A DNA stretch of 64,000 nucleotides from Eubacteriales bacterium (GCA_045645165.1 JAZRIF010000212.1:7807-71806), one strand, 5' to 3'. Shown: positions 42,773 to 51,663, counted from the first letter of the stretch. Notes: a model not told the origin generated them from the sequence alone. Made by a program: numbers and translations.

Positions 42773-45607
42773 ATGAAACCAAACTTCAAACGTACCGTCA
42801 TTGCACTCCTCTGTTCCTCCCTGTTGGGAGGCGCCATTGCGCTTTCGGGCTGCGCGCAAGCCGTAAGAAAAGACGAAACCGATATGTTGAATTCCCCTTC
42901 CTATTCTTTTGATCTGTTGTCTGCGGAAAAGCCCCAAGTAAACACCACCCTTCCCATCGGGTACATGGATCTGACCACCCACTACGGTTTTGCGGGGCCC
43001 GGTAACGTGGAATATGAGGTGACCGAGGGCTCCCACACCACCTTCACCGCCACCGCCGACGATCCCCTGCTCAACCTCTACACCCCCGAGTTCAAGCCCT
43101 CGGAGTGCAAGTCGGTGGCCATCATCTACCGCACCGACATGGACAAGGACGGCGAGCTGTACTGCAACCGCTCCGACGGCGTGCAGATGGGTCAGAAGGG
43201 TGGTATCCAGGTCTGGCGCTGGATCCCCACCAAGGAATTTGCCAAGATGGCCGTGGTCTGCGACGCCTGGAAGGACTGCGACGAGAGTGTGACCTTCACA
43301 GGCTGGCGCTTTGACCCCCTGAACCCCAGAATCAACCCCGGTGATTCCATTGACATCCGCTGTATTGCCTTCTTCGACACCGAGGACGGTGCGGAGGGCT
43401 TCAACTACGATGAATACAAAAAGCTTCTCGATTGGGAGAAACAAAACCCCGACAACGCTGAACCAGAAGAGGAGGAGACCGGTATGACCGTCGATTGGAC
43501 AGATCCCGCATACAAGGACATGGAGACCACCCTCGAGGACACCCGCGAAGGATCTCTGACCTTCACCGAGTCCGAGGACGGCAAGACTGTGACGATCTCC
43601 TATAAGGTAGGTGACGAGACCAAGTCCTTCACCGTCCCTAACGACCCCATCTACCGTTTCGGCGGATATGCCGGCACCGACGATCTCGGCCGTTCGCTCT
43701 ATGATGCAACCGAGGTCGGTGTCATCGGAGATAAGGGCGAGCATTACGTGGGTATGTTCTATTTCCTCTGGCACGGCAAGCATGCCCCCACCGACAAGAT
43801 CTACAATCTGCAGGAGATCCTGGACTCCACCCCCGATGCCGACAAGGGTAAGCTCTCCACCGGCAAGTACGGTAAACCCGGTGAGTTCCACTGGTTCGGC
43901 GAGCCCCTCTACGGCTACTACTACATCAACGACGAGTGGGTGCTCCGCAAGCACATGGAGCTGCTCACCAACGCAGGGGTAGATTTCCTGTTCTTCGACA
44001 CCACCAATAACCACACCCATGCGGATACGGCTCTGAAGATCATGAAGATCCTCCACGAGATGAACGAGCAGGGCTATAACGCCCCCGGCGTTGTGTTCTA
44101 CACCAACACCAACGCACACACCATGGTCAAGAATCTCTACTCCGAGATCTACGCCCAAAACCGCTACCCCGACACGTGGTTCTGTATTGATGGCAAGCCC
44201 GTCATGATCGGCCCTGCCGACGCCAATATTGACGATTTCTTTACCATGAAAATCAACCAATGGCCTACCGAGGAAAAGAATCACATCGACGCATGGCCTT
44301 GGATGGACGGTAAGCGTCCCCAGTATATCTACAAGGACGGCGAGGGCAAAAAGTCTGCCATCAACGTCTCGGTAGCTCAGCACCGCAACACCTGGCGCTT
44401 CAGTGATTCCATCTACGATATGATGGATCGCGGCAATCTTGGCCGTTCCTACGGCGCCGCTAAGCTCACCGATAAGCTGACCGAGGAATACTACAATGCC
44501 ATCGCCGCCGATCCCGAGCTGTACAAACAGGGCCTCAACTTCCAGGCTCAGTGGGACGTAGCTCACAAGGCAGACGTTCCCTTCGTGCTGGTCACGGGCT
44601 GGAACGAGTGGATCGCCCAGAGACAGTCCACCTCCAACGAGTACGCCCATTTCGTAGATCTGGCATCCGTGGAATTCTCCCGCGACATCGAAATGATGAA
44701 GGGCGGCTACTTCGACAACTACTACATGCAGTTCGCCTCCAACATCCAGAAGTACAAAGGTGCGGCTCCCATCATTCTGCAGGATGCCCGCAATCCCATC
44801 AACGTCACGGGCGGCTTTGACCAGTGGGATGCCGTCACCGTCACCTACACCGATTATACAAAGGACTGCCGCGACCGCGACTTCAACGGCTACGGCAATC
44901 AGGTCTACACCGACACCACCGGCCGCAACGATCTGGCCGCCTTCAAGATCACCCATGATACGAAAAACGTATACTTCTACGCAGAGGCTCGCTTCGATAT
45001 CTCCAAGCCCGATACAGATTCCTCCTGGATGCAGCTCTTTATCGACGCCGATCAGAACGTAGAGACGGGCTGGTACGGCTACGACTACATCGTCAACTAC
45101 TCCGCCAAGGATGAGTTCACCACCACCGTGGCCAAGTACAACGGCACCGACAACGCCTTCTCCTTCGAGGTGATCGGTGAGGTCTCCTACCGCGTCAAGG
45201 GCAATCGGATGATGATCGAAGTCCCCCTGGAGATGCTGGGTGTGACTCACCCCGATTACATGAACTTCCACTTCAAGTGGGTGGACAGCGATTCCAAGAT
45301 GACCACCATGGAGCAGTTCTACACCGAGGGCGACGTTGCTCCTCTGGGACGCTTGAATTACGTATTCAACACCGTCATGCCCGGCAGCGTGCCTCCCGCA
45401 GAGGATGAGACCGAAGCTTCCACCAACGGGGAAACCGGTTCTGTGAGCGAGCCGGTTACCAATGAGACTGCCGCTACGACCGGGACTGAAACCGAAACCG
45501 ATGGCAAAGATTCCAAGGGTTGCGGCTCGGTGCTTCCCTCTTTGGTTCTGCCCCTCGCCCTGGCAAGCGGCGCGGCTTTGACCGTGAAGCGCAAGAAGGA
45601 AGATTAA
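42773..45607 (+). CDS. Large lipoprotein with TIM-barrel glycoside-hydrolase-like core (GH99/GH71-like pattern, tentative) and C-terminal beta-sandwich plus hydrophobic anchor
   Basis: Start at the ATG at 42773 (RBS ggaaagga). Lipobox IALSGC. FYFLWHG...GEPLYGYYYINDEWVLRKHMELLTNAGVDFLFFDTTN. C-terminal GCGSVLPSLVLPLALASGAALTVKRKKED. Confidence 0.75.
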   Translation: MKPNFKRTVIALLCSSLLGGAIALSGCAQAVRKDETDMLNSPSYSFDLLSAEKPQVNTTLPIGYMDLTTHYGFAGPGNVEYEVTEGSHTTFTATADDPLLNLYTPEFKPSECKSVAIIYRTDMDKDGELYCNRSDGVQMGQKGGIQVWRWIPTKEFAKMAVVCDAWKDCDESVTFTGWRFDPLNPRINPGDSIDIRCIAFFDTEDGAEGFNYDEYKKLLDWEKQNPDNAEPEEEETGMTVDWTDPAYKDMETTLEDTREGSLTFTESEDGKTVTISYKVGDETKSFTVPNDPIYRFGGYAGTDDLGRSLYDATEVGVIGDKGEHYVGMFYFLWHGKHAPTDKIYNLQEILDSTPDADKGKLSTGKYGKPGEFHWFGEPLYGYYYINDEWVLRKHMELLTNAGVDFLFFDTTNNHTHADTALKIMKILHEMNEQGYNAPGVVFYTNTNAHTMVKNLYSEIYAQNRYPDTWFCIDGKPVMIGPADANIDDFFTMKINQWPTEEKNHIDAWPWMDGKRPQYIYKDGEGKKSAINVSVAQHRNTWRFSDSIYDMMDRGNLGRSYGAAKLTDKLTEEYYNAIAADPELYKQGLNFQAQWDVAHKADVPFVLVTGWNEWIAQRQSTSNEYAHFVDLASVEFSRDIEMMKGGYFDNYYMQFASNIQKYKGAAPIILQDARNPINVTGGFDQWDAVTVTYTDYTKDCRDRDFNGYGNQVYTDTTGRNDLAAFKITHDTKNVYFYAEARFDISKPDTDSSWMQLFIDADQNVETGWYGYDYIVNYSAKDEFTTTVAKYNGTDNAFSFEVIGEVSYRVKGNRMMIEVPLEMLGVTHPDYMNFHFKWVDSDSKMTTMEQFYTEGDVAPLGRLNYVFNTVMPGSVPPAEDETEASTNGETGSVSEPVTNETAATTGTETETDGKDSKGCGSVLPSLVLPLALASGAALTVKRKKED

Positions 45608-45630
45608 TTGCAACAAGTATAACTACGAAA

Positions 45631-45670
45631 CAAAAAGCGGCTGTCCTACAAAGGGCAGTCGCTTTTGTTT
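45631..45670 (+). terminator. Rho-independent terminator after the lipoprotein gene
   Basis: AGCGGCTGTCC-tacaaa-GGGCAGTCGCT (G-U pairs allowed), followed by tttgttt. Confidence 0.7.
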
Positions 45671-45701
45671 GGGAAGAAATTTCAAATTGGGGTTTGTCTA
45701 T

Positions 45702-45754
45702 GCCTTCTCCAGCGGAGAAGGGGGACCATCCGAAGGATGGTGGATGAGGAGAGC
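45702..45754 (+). repeat. REP-like two-hairpin element, copy 1
   Basis: gCCTTCTCCagcGGAGAAGGgggACCATCCgaaGGATGGTggatgaggagagc. Confidence 0.8.
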
Positions 45755-45888
45755 ATTTGTAGGCTAACTTACCTGGTGTTCACTCAACCTCCCTATCTTT
45801 TACTGGCACAAAGAATGGCAAAAAACTCAACTGTTGCCCATAAAGTTGTAGGATAGTTGCCTCACATCCGAATGGTTGCCCTTCATCC

Positions 45889-45954
45889 GCTCTCCTCATC
45901 CACCGCTGCGCGGTCCCCCTTCCCCGCTGGGGAAGGCCGCCGAGCAAGCTCGGC
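45889..45954 (-). repeat. REP-like two-hairpin element, copy 2 (inverted relative to copy 1), plus an adjacent third hairpin
   Basis: Minus strand: GCCGAGCttGCTCGGC gCCTTCCCCagcGGGGAAGGgggACCGCgcaGCGGTggatgaggagagc. It lies directly 3' of the minus-strand gene ending at 45976. Confidence 0.8.
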
Positions 45955-45975
45955 AAGGGAGCGATAAACCCAAAT

Positions 45976-46524
45976 TTACCGTTCCCTCCGTCGCGCATTG
46001 GCCGCCAGGTCGTTCTGATGGATCTTTCGGCTTCGGAGCAGAGTCAGAACGCACAGGACAACAGCGGCGTACACGAAGCCCACCACCGAACGGAGAACGG
46101 GCACGGGAATCAGCCCGCTGAAGGGGCCTAAGGCAAACAGGCACGCGGTTGCAATGGGATTGGGTGTAGGACTGGGGAAAATAAAGCAGGAGATTTCGAT
46201 AGCGACAGTGGCGAGAGCGTAAATAGCCAGAATAAATTTTCCGTCGGCACGGAAAAATCCCAGCAGCTCCTGCTTCATGTCAACCTTGTCGGTATGTACA
46301 ACGTAGGTACTGATGCGGGGAAACATGTGAAACCGATAGAAAAAGACTGCGTAGCAAGCCATGGTCAGAACGTACATGATGGAGTCTCGGATAAGCCGGC
46401 TCTCAAATTCCATCAGCACAGCCGCGAGGATGATCGAGAAGACGAGAAGCATACCGAAGCACGCCAGGGATGTCTTGACGACGTCCCATAAACAAGTCAG
46501 CCACAGATTCTTTGACTTTGCCAT
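45976..46524 (-). CDS. Hypothetical 4-5 TM membrane protein
   Basis: 182 aa, with RBS aggagg upstream of the ATG at 46524 and a perfect sigma-A promoter upstream. Confidence 0.7.
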   Translation of the reverse strand: MAKSKNLWLTCLWDVVKTSLACFGMLLVFSIILAAVLMEFESRLIRDSIMYVLTMACYAVFFYRFHMFPRISTYVVHTDKVDMKQELLGFFRADGKFILAIYALATVAIEISCFIFPSPTPNPIATACLFALGPFSGLIPVPVLRSVVGFVYAAVVLCVLTLLRSRKIHQNDLAANARRRER

Positions 46525-46554
46525 ACAAAATGACCTCCTGAATTTTATGCCGTC

Positions 46555-46583
46555 ATTATATCACATCACGCGTTCATTGTCAA
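46555..46583 (-). promoter_or_regulatory. Sigma-A promoter for the 45976..46524 gene
   Basis: On the minus strand: TTGACA, a 17-nt spacer, then TATAAT. Confidence 0.65.
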
Positions 46584-46699
46584 TACTGTTTCTGCTATTA
46601 TCTTTAAAGTTCATTTGATTGCATATATTCCCCCCTCGTTTTTTGTGCAATTCATCCATTTTCTTCCCTACTTTCTTATAAGAATCCCCATTTTTCCAT

Positions 46700-46728
46700 T
46701 TGACATTTTCTTCTTTTTGTGGTATAAT
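46700..46728 (+). promoter_or_regulatory. Sigma-A promoter (extended -10) for the DUF512-der-obg genes
   Basis: TTGACA, a 17-nt spacer, then TGgTATAAT. Confidence 0.65.
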
Positions 46729-46802
46729 ATAAGTTGGATTATTATGTATCACTATGCCGTCTGCAAATCTTTTGCAAACCGGAGGAAAGGAGCCCCGAAA
46801 GC

Positions 46803-48116
46803 ATGGTCAGAATCACCTCCGTCACCCCTCACAGCCGCGCCGAAAGGCACGGAATCCTGGCGGGAGACATCCTCATATCCATCAACAGCCGCGAGGTCAC
46901 CGACGTACTGGATTACCGCTTCTTCCTCACCGCCACCGAAGTTAAGCTGGCGCTTGAGCGGGACGGCACCCCCTTCGAGGTCACCATCCGCAAGCGGGAG
47001 TACGACGATATCGGTCTGGACTTCGAGACTCCCCTCATGGACAAGAAGCACTCCTGCGAGAACAAGTGCATCTTCTGCTTCATCGACCAGCTTCCCAAAG
47101 GGATGCGGGAAACCCTGTACTTTAAGGACGACGACAGCCGCCTGTCCTTCCTCCACGGCAACTTCATCACCATGACCAACCTCCGAGACAAGGACATCGA
47201 CCGCATCATCGAGATGCACATCTCCCCCGTTAACGTCTCGGTGCATACCACCAACCCCGAGCTGCGGGTGAAGATGATGCACAACAAACGGGCGGGACTG
47301 GTGCTGGATTACCTCCCCCGACTGGCCGAGGCGGGCATCACCCTGTGCGGACAGCTGGTTCTTTGCCGCGGCATCAACGACGGCGAGGAATTGGATCGCT
47401 CCATGCGTGACCTCTACGCCCTGGGCGACGCTATGGAGAGCGTGTCCATCGTCCCCGCGGGTCTGACCAAGCATCGGGACAAGCTTTATCCCCTGACTAC
47501 CTACACCCCCGAGGAGGCCGCCGCCGTGATACGGCAGGTAGAGGCCTTCGCGGAGAAGTGTCTGGTCGAGTGTGGCTCCCGCAAGTTCTTCTGCGCCGAT
47601 GAGCTGTACCTCAAGGCGGGGCTCCCCCTCCCCACCGAGGACTACTACGAGGGTTATGCCCAGATCGAGAACGGCGTGGGGATGATCACTTCCCTGCTCA
47701 CCGAGTTCGACGACGAGATGAACTTTCTCGACGAGTATCTGCCCGACTACAAGGCCCCCCGTACCGTATCGGTTTGCACGGGTGTGGCCGCCTACCCCAC
47801 CGTCTGTGCCATGGCCGCCCGCTTGGAAGCTGTGGTGGAGGGACTGACCATCCACGTCTACGAGATCATCAACCACTTTTTCGGCGAATCCGTCACCGTG
47901 GCGGGACTGCTGACAGGCCAGGATATGTACAAGCAGCTTGCAGGCAAAGAGCTGGGGGATGAGCTCATCATTCCCGAGAACACCCTCCGCGCCGACGAGG
48001 CCATGTTCCTCGACGATATGACCCCCGCCGAGTTGTCCGAAAAACTGAATGTGCCCATCCGCGCGGGTAAGAATAACGGTGCGGAGTTTATCCGCGAGAT
48101 GTTAGGCATCGAATAA
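46803..48116 (+). CDS. PDZ + DUF512 protein with CxxxCxxC (radical-SAM-like) motif
   Basis: Start at the ATG at 46803 (MVRITSVTP...). PDZ-like N-terminus; SCENKCIFCFIDQLPKGMR; LSFLHGNFITMTNL. It occupies the conserved position upstream of der. Confidence 0.85.
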   Translation: MVRITSVTPHSRAERHGILAGDILISINSREVTDVLDYRFFLTATEVKLALERDGTPFEVTIRKREYDDIGLDFETPLMDKKHSCENKCIFCFIDQLPKGMRETLYFKDDDSRLSFLHGNFITMTNLRDKDIDRIIEMHISPVNVSVHTTNPELRVKMMHNKRAGLVLDYLPRLAEAGITLCGQLVLCRGINDGEELDRSMRDLYALGDAMESVSIVPAGLTKHRDKLYPLTTYTPEEAAAVIRQVEAFAEKCLVECGSRKFFCADELYLKAGLPLPTEDYYEGYAQIENGVGMITSLLTEFDDEMNFLDEYLPDYKAPRTVSVCTGVAAYPTVCAMAARLEAVVEGLTIHVYEIINHFFGESVTVAGLLTGQDMYKQLAGKELGDELIIPENTLRADEAMFLDDMTPAELSEKLNVPIRAGKNNGAEFIREMLGIE

Positions 48117-48127
48117 ACCCTCAAACC

Positions 48128-48213
48128 GTAGGGGCTGGCGCCCTCGACAGCCCGCTCCCCTTCACACATCGTCTATCATCCGTTATCGGGGCGTCGAAGG
48201 CGCCGCCCCCTAC
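48128..48213. repeat. Long imperfect inverted repeat (27-nt GC-rich arms, 32-nt loop) between the DUF512 gene and der
   Basis: GTAGGGGCTGGCGCCCTCGACAGCCCG ... CGGGGCGTCGAAGGCGCCGCCCCCTAC; about 22 of 27 positions can pair. Confidence 0.8.
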
Positions 48214-48252
48214 CACATTTGAAACGCCCCCTTTTGAAAGGAGACCATAATC

Positions 48253-49647
48253 ATGTCCAAGCCTATCATCGCCGTCGTTGGCCGTCCCAACGTCGGTAAA
48301 TCTACCCTTTTCAATAAGCTCATCGGTGAGCGCCGCTCCATTGTGGAGGACACCCCCGGTGTCACCCGCGACCGCATCTACGGCGAGACCGAATGGAACG
48401 GCCGCCAGCTTGTCCTCATCGACACGGGCGGTATCGAGCCCAAGACCGACGACATCATCCTGTCCCAGATGAAGGTACAGGCTCAGGTGGCTATCGACGA
48501 CGCCGACGTCATCATCTTCATGTGCGACGTCCGCACGGGTCTGACCGCCGCTGACCGCGACATTGCCGTCATGCTTCAGAAGAGCGGCAAGCCCATCATT
48601 CCCTGCATCAACAAGTGCGACCGCGTAGGTGACCTGCCCTACGAGTACTACGAGTTCTACGAGCTGGGCTTCGACTGCGATCCCGTGGCGGTGTCCTCCA
48701 TCCACGGCTCGGGTACCGGTGACCTGCTGGACGCCTGCTGTGACGCTCTTTCCGGCTGGGAGGAGGGCGAGGAGGAAGAGAGCGGCATCAAGATTGCCGT
48801 TATCGGTAAACCCAACGCGGGCAAGTCCTCCATCGTCAACCGTTTCCTCGGTGAGAACCGCATGATTGTTTCCGACATTGCGGGTACCACCCGTGACGCC
48901 GTGGACACCCGTGTGGTCAACGAGCGCGGTACTTTCACCTTCATCGACACCGCAGGTATCCGCCGTCAGTCCAAGATCGGAGATCAGATCGAGAAGTACA
49001 GCGTTCTCCGCGCCCACATGGCGGTGGAGAGAGCCGACGTATGCCTCCTCATGATCGACGCCTCGGTGGGCATCACCGAGCAGGACGAAAAGATCGCGGG
49101 CATTGCTCATGAGGCGGGCAAGGCCACCATCATCGTGGTCAACAAGTGGGATTCCATTGAAAAGGACAATTCCACCGTTAAGGCCTTTACCGACCGCATC
49201 CGCGAGGCGCTGGCCTACATGCCTTACGCCCCCATCACCTTCGTTTCCGCCAAGACGGGTCAGCGCATCGATGGACTTTACGATCTGATCCTTTCGGTCT
49301 ACGAGCAATCCCATCTCCGTATCACCACGGGCGCCCTCAATGACGTGCTGGGCGAGGCTATGATGCGGGTTCAGCCTCCCACAGACAGAGGTAAGCGCCT
49401 TAAGATCTACTATATGACCCAGACCCAGATTGCGCCCCCCACTTTCGTGTTGTTCTGCAATTCGGCTGAGCTGTTCCACTTCTCCTATCAGCGGTATATC
49501 GAAAACTGCCTGCGGGAGACTTACGGCTTCAAGGGTACGCCCATCAAGATGATCATCAAGCAGAAGGGCGACGATCCCGAGATCAACGTCAGGGGTAAGA
49601 AAGAGCAAAAAGAAACAAATACCAATGATGATGGATGGGATGAATAA
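48253..49647 (+). CDS. der: Ribosome-biogenesis GTPase Der (EngA)
   Basis: Two G domains (GRPNVGKSTLFN, GKPNAGKSSIVN) and a KH-like C-terminus. Confidence 0.95.
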   Translation: MSKPIIAVVGRPNVGKSTLFNKLIGERRSIVEDTPGVTRDRIYGETEWNGRQLVLIDTGGIEPKTDDIILSQMKVQAQVAIDDADVIIFMCDVRTGLTAADRDIAVMLQKSGKPIIPCINKCDRVGDLPYEYYEFYELGFDCDPVAVSSIHGSGTGDLLDACCDALSGWEEGEEEESGIKIAVIGKPNAGKSSIVNRFLGENRMIVSDIAGTTRDAVDTRVVNERGTFTFIDTAGIRRQSKIGDQIEKYSVLRAHMAVERADVCLLMIDASVGITEQDEKIAGIAHEAGKATIIVVNKWDSIEKDNSTVKAFTDRIREALAYMPYAPITFVSAKTGQRIDGLYDLILSVYEQSHLRITTGALNDVLGEAMMRVQPPTDRGKRLKIYYMTQTQIAPPTFVLFCNSAELFHFSYQRYIENCLRETYGFKGTPIKMIIKQKGDDPEINVRGKKEQKETNTNDDGWDE

Positions 49648-49694
49648 TCTCCCCGAATCATCAAGACAACTCCATTTGAAAGGAGATTCATAAT

Positions 49695-50993
49695 ATGCAA
49701 TTTTTCGACCACGTAAAAGTCTATCTCAAGGCCGGAAACGGCGGCAATGGTGCCATTGCCTTCCACCGCGAGAAGTACGTCTCCCACGGCGGCCCCAGCG
49801 GGGGTGACGGCGGAAACGGAGGTAATATCGTCTTCCGCGTGGACAAGGGCACCAATACCCTGCTGGCTTACCGCTATAAGCACCACTTCACCGCCCAGAA
49901 CGGCGGTAACGGGCAGCCCGAGAAGTTCCACGGTGCCAATGCCGAGGATCTGATCCTGCCTGTACCGGAAGGTACGGTCATCAAGGATGCCGCCACGGGC
50001 AAGGTCATCCACGATATGTCCGAAAATGGCGGCGCGGACTACATCTGCTGCCGCGGCGGCCGCGGAGGCTGGGGCAACCGCCACTTCGCCACCGCCACCC
50101 GTCAGGCTCCCCAGTTCGCCAAGAACGGTACCCGCGGCGAAGAACGCGAAGTGATCATGGAACTGAAGATGATCGCCGACGTAGGACTCATCGGCTATCC
50201 CAGCGTGGGTAAGTCTTCCCTTCTGGCTCGCATCAGCGCCGCTCGTCCCAAGATCGCGGACTACCACTTCACCACCCTGTCCCCCAATCTGGGTGTGGTT
50301 TCCGTCCCCGGTGGAGACGGCTTCGTGGCCGCCGACATTCCCGGACTCATCGACGGTGCCGCCGAGGGAGCGGGTCTGGGTCACGATTTCCTGCGTCACA
50401 TCGACCGCTGCCGTCTGCTCCTCCACGTGGTGGATATCTCCTGCTTTGAGGGACGTGATCCCATCGAGGACGTGAAGAACATCAACTCCGAGCTGGAGAA
50501 GTACAGTCCCGAGCTGGCCACTCGCCCCCAGATCATCATCGCCAACAAGTGCGATGCCCTGGATGAGGAGGTCGTGGACGTGCAGGCCTTCGAGGACTTC
50601 GTGGACGAGAACGAGTGGGAGATGATCTACGTGTCGGCCGCCACGGGCGAGGGCATTCAGGACATGATCTTCCGTGTGGCTGAACGCCTCAAGATGCTTC
50701 CCCCCATCACGGTTTATGAGAGCGAAGTGTCCAAGGGCGAGGCGCTCCTGTCCGATATTGCCGGAGCCGGTATCAAGGATACCGTCATCCGTCAGGAGAA
50801 CCGCACCTTCTTCGTGGAGGGCGACTGGATCTACAACCTCATGGGTCGTATCAACTTCGACGATTACGAATCCCTCAACTACTTCCAGCGCGTCCTGCAG
50901 AATAGCGGCGTGTTTGAAATGCTGGAGGAGCGCGGATGTAAGGACGGAGATACGGTTTCCATTTACGAGTTTGAGTTTGATTATGTAAAATAA
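49695..50993 (+). CDS. obg: GTPase Obg/CgtA
   Basis: MQFFDHVKVYLKAGNGGNG, the Gly-rich Obg fold, GYPSVGKSS, and a C-terminal TGS-like/OCT domain. Confidence 0.95.
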   Translation: MQFFDHVKVYLKAGNGGNGAIAFHREKYVSHGGPSGGDGGNGGNIVFRVDKGTNTLLAYRYKHHFTAQNGGNGQPEKFHGANAEDLILPVPEGTVIKDAATGKVIHDMSENGGADYICCRGGRGGWGNRHFATATRQAPQFAKNGTRGEEREVIMELKMIADVGLIGYPSVGKSSLLARISAARPKIADYHFTTLSPNLGVVSVPGGDGFVAADIPGLIDGAAEGAGLGHDFLRHIDRCRLLLHVVDISCFEGRDPIEDVKNINSELEKYSPELATRPQIIIANKCDALDEEVVDVQAFEDFVDENEWEMIYVSAATGEGIQDMIFRVAERLKMLPPITVYESEVSKGEALLSDIAGAGIKDTVIRQENRTFFVEGDWIYNLMGRINFDDYESLNYFQRVLQNSGVFEMLEERGCKDGDTVSIYEFEFDYVK

Positions 50994-51012
50994 TTCTCCG
51001 TAAAGGAGAACC

Positions 51013-51114
51013 TGCCCCTCCCGCCATAGTGGAAAATCCCAACGCCGACTTCCATTCCCAAAGATTTACGGGAGGGGCAAGTCCCTCCCCTGCGACAAAT
51101 AATATATAAGGAGG
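51013..51114 (+). promoter_or_regulatory. Structured obg-ppa intergenic leader with mutually exclusive G/C-rich pairings that include an anti-SD-like CCCTCCCC
   Basis: A tgcccctcccg (51013-23); B cgggaggggca (51069-79, exact complement of A); C ccctccc (51083-89, complement of gggaggg in B and of the ggagg SD); SD aaggagg (51108-14). Confidence 0.35.
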
Positions 51115-51120
51115 CTCCCC

Positions 51121-51663
51121 ATGAACGTTTGGCACGACATCGACCCCGCCGAGATCACTCCCACGGACTTCACCGCCGTCATTGAGATCCCCAAGGGCTC
51201 CAACTGCAAGTACGAGCTGGACAAGAAGAACGGTATGCGCCGTCTGGACCGCGTTCTGTACACCGCCACCCACTACCCTGCCAACTACGGCTTCATCCCC
51301 CGCACCTACGCCGACGACGGCGACCCCCTGGACGTGCTGGTGCTGTGCGCCGAGCCCATCTACCCCATGACCCTGGTGCAGGTCTACCCCATCGGTTGTA
51401 TGCGTATGTACGACGGCGGCAAGCTGGACGACAAGATCATCGCCGTTCCCTTCTCCGACCCCTCCTACCACGGCATCAAGTCCATCGACGAGCTGCCCGC
51501 CCACATTTTCGACGAAATCATGCACTTCTTCACGGTCTACAAGCAGCTGGAGAACAAGCAGACCGCCGTCAAGGAGCTGTTCGACCGCAAGGAGGCCGAG
51601 GAGATCATCCAGATGTGCATAAACCAGTACAACGAGAAGTTTGTGAACGGTCAGGGCGAGTAA
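51121..51663 (+). CDS. ppa: Family I inorganic pyrophosphatase
   Basis: VIEIPKGSNCKYELD, YPANYGFIPRT and DGDPLDVLVL are canonical Ppa motifs. Confidence 0.95.
   Translation: MNVWHDIDPAEITPTDFTAVIEIPKGSNCKYELDKKNGMRRLDRVLYTATHYPANYGFIPRTYADDGDPLDVLVLCAEPIYPMTLVQVYPIGCMRMYDGGKLDDKIIAVPFSDPSYHGIKSIDELPAHIFDEIMHFFTVYKQLENKQTAVKELFDRKEAEEIIQMCINQYNEKFVNGQGE

Noticed and set aside
42701-45616. 971-aa - strand ORF
   Set aside because: It is antisense to the lipoprotein/glycosidase-like gene. Its composition is Gly/Val/His-rich, with no signal or motif.
45755-45888. MITE or mobile element bounded by the inverted REP-like copies
   Set aside because: There are no target-site duplications, no coding capacity and no transposase in the window. 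The orientation of each copy with its neighbouring gene fits 3'-UTR elements better. This remains unproven.
48121-49608. 495-aa - strand ORF
   Set aside because: It is antisense to der, which has two canonical GTPase P-loops.
51012-51029. Mini-ORF (CTG)-PLPP-stop in the ppa leader
   Set aside because: It has a non-ATG start only 3 nt from the SD-like aaggaga. That is too short and too speculative to call.
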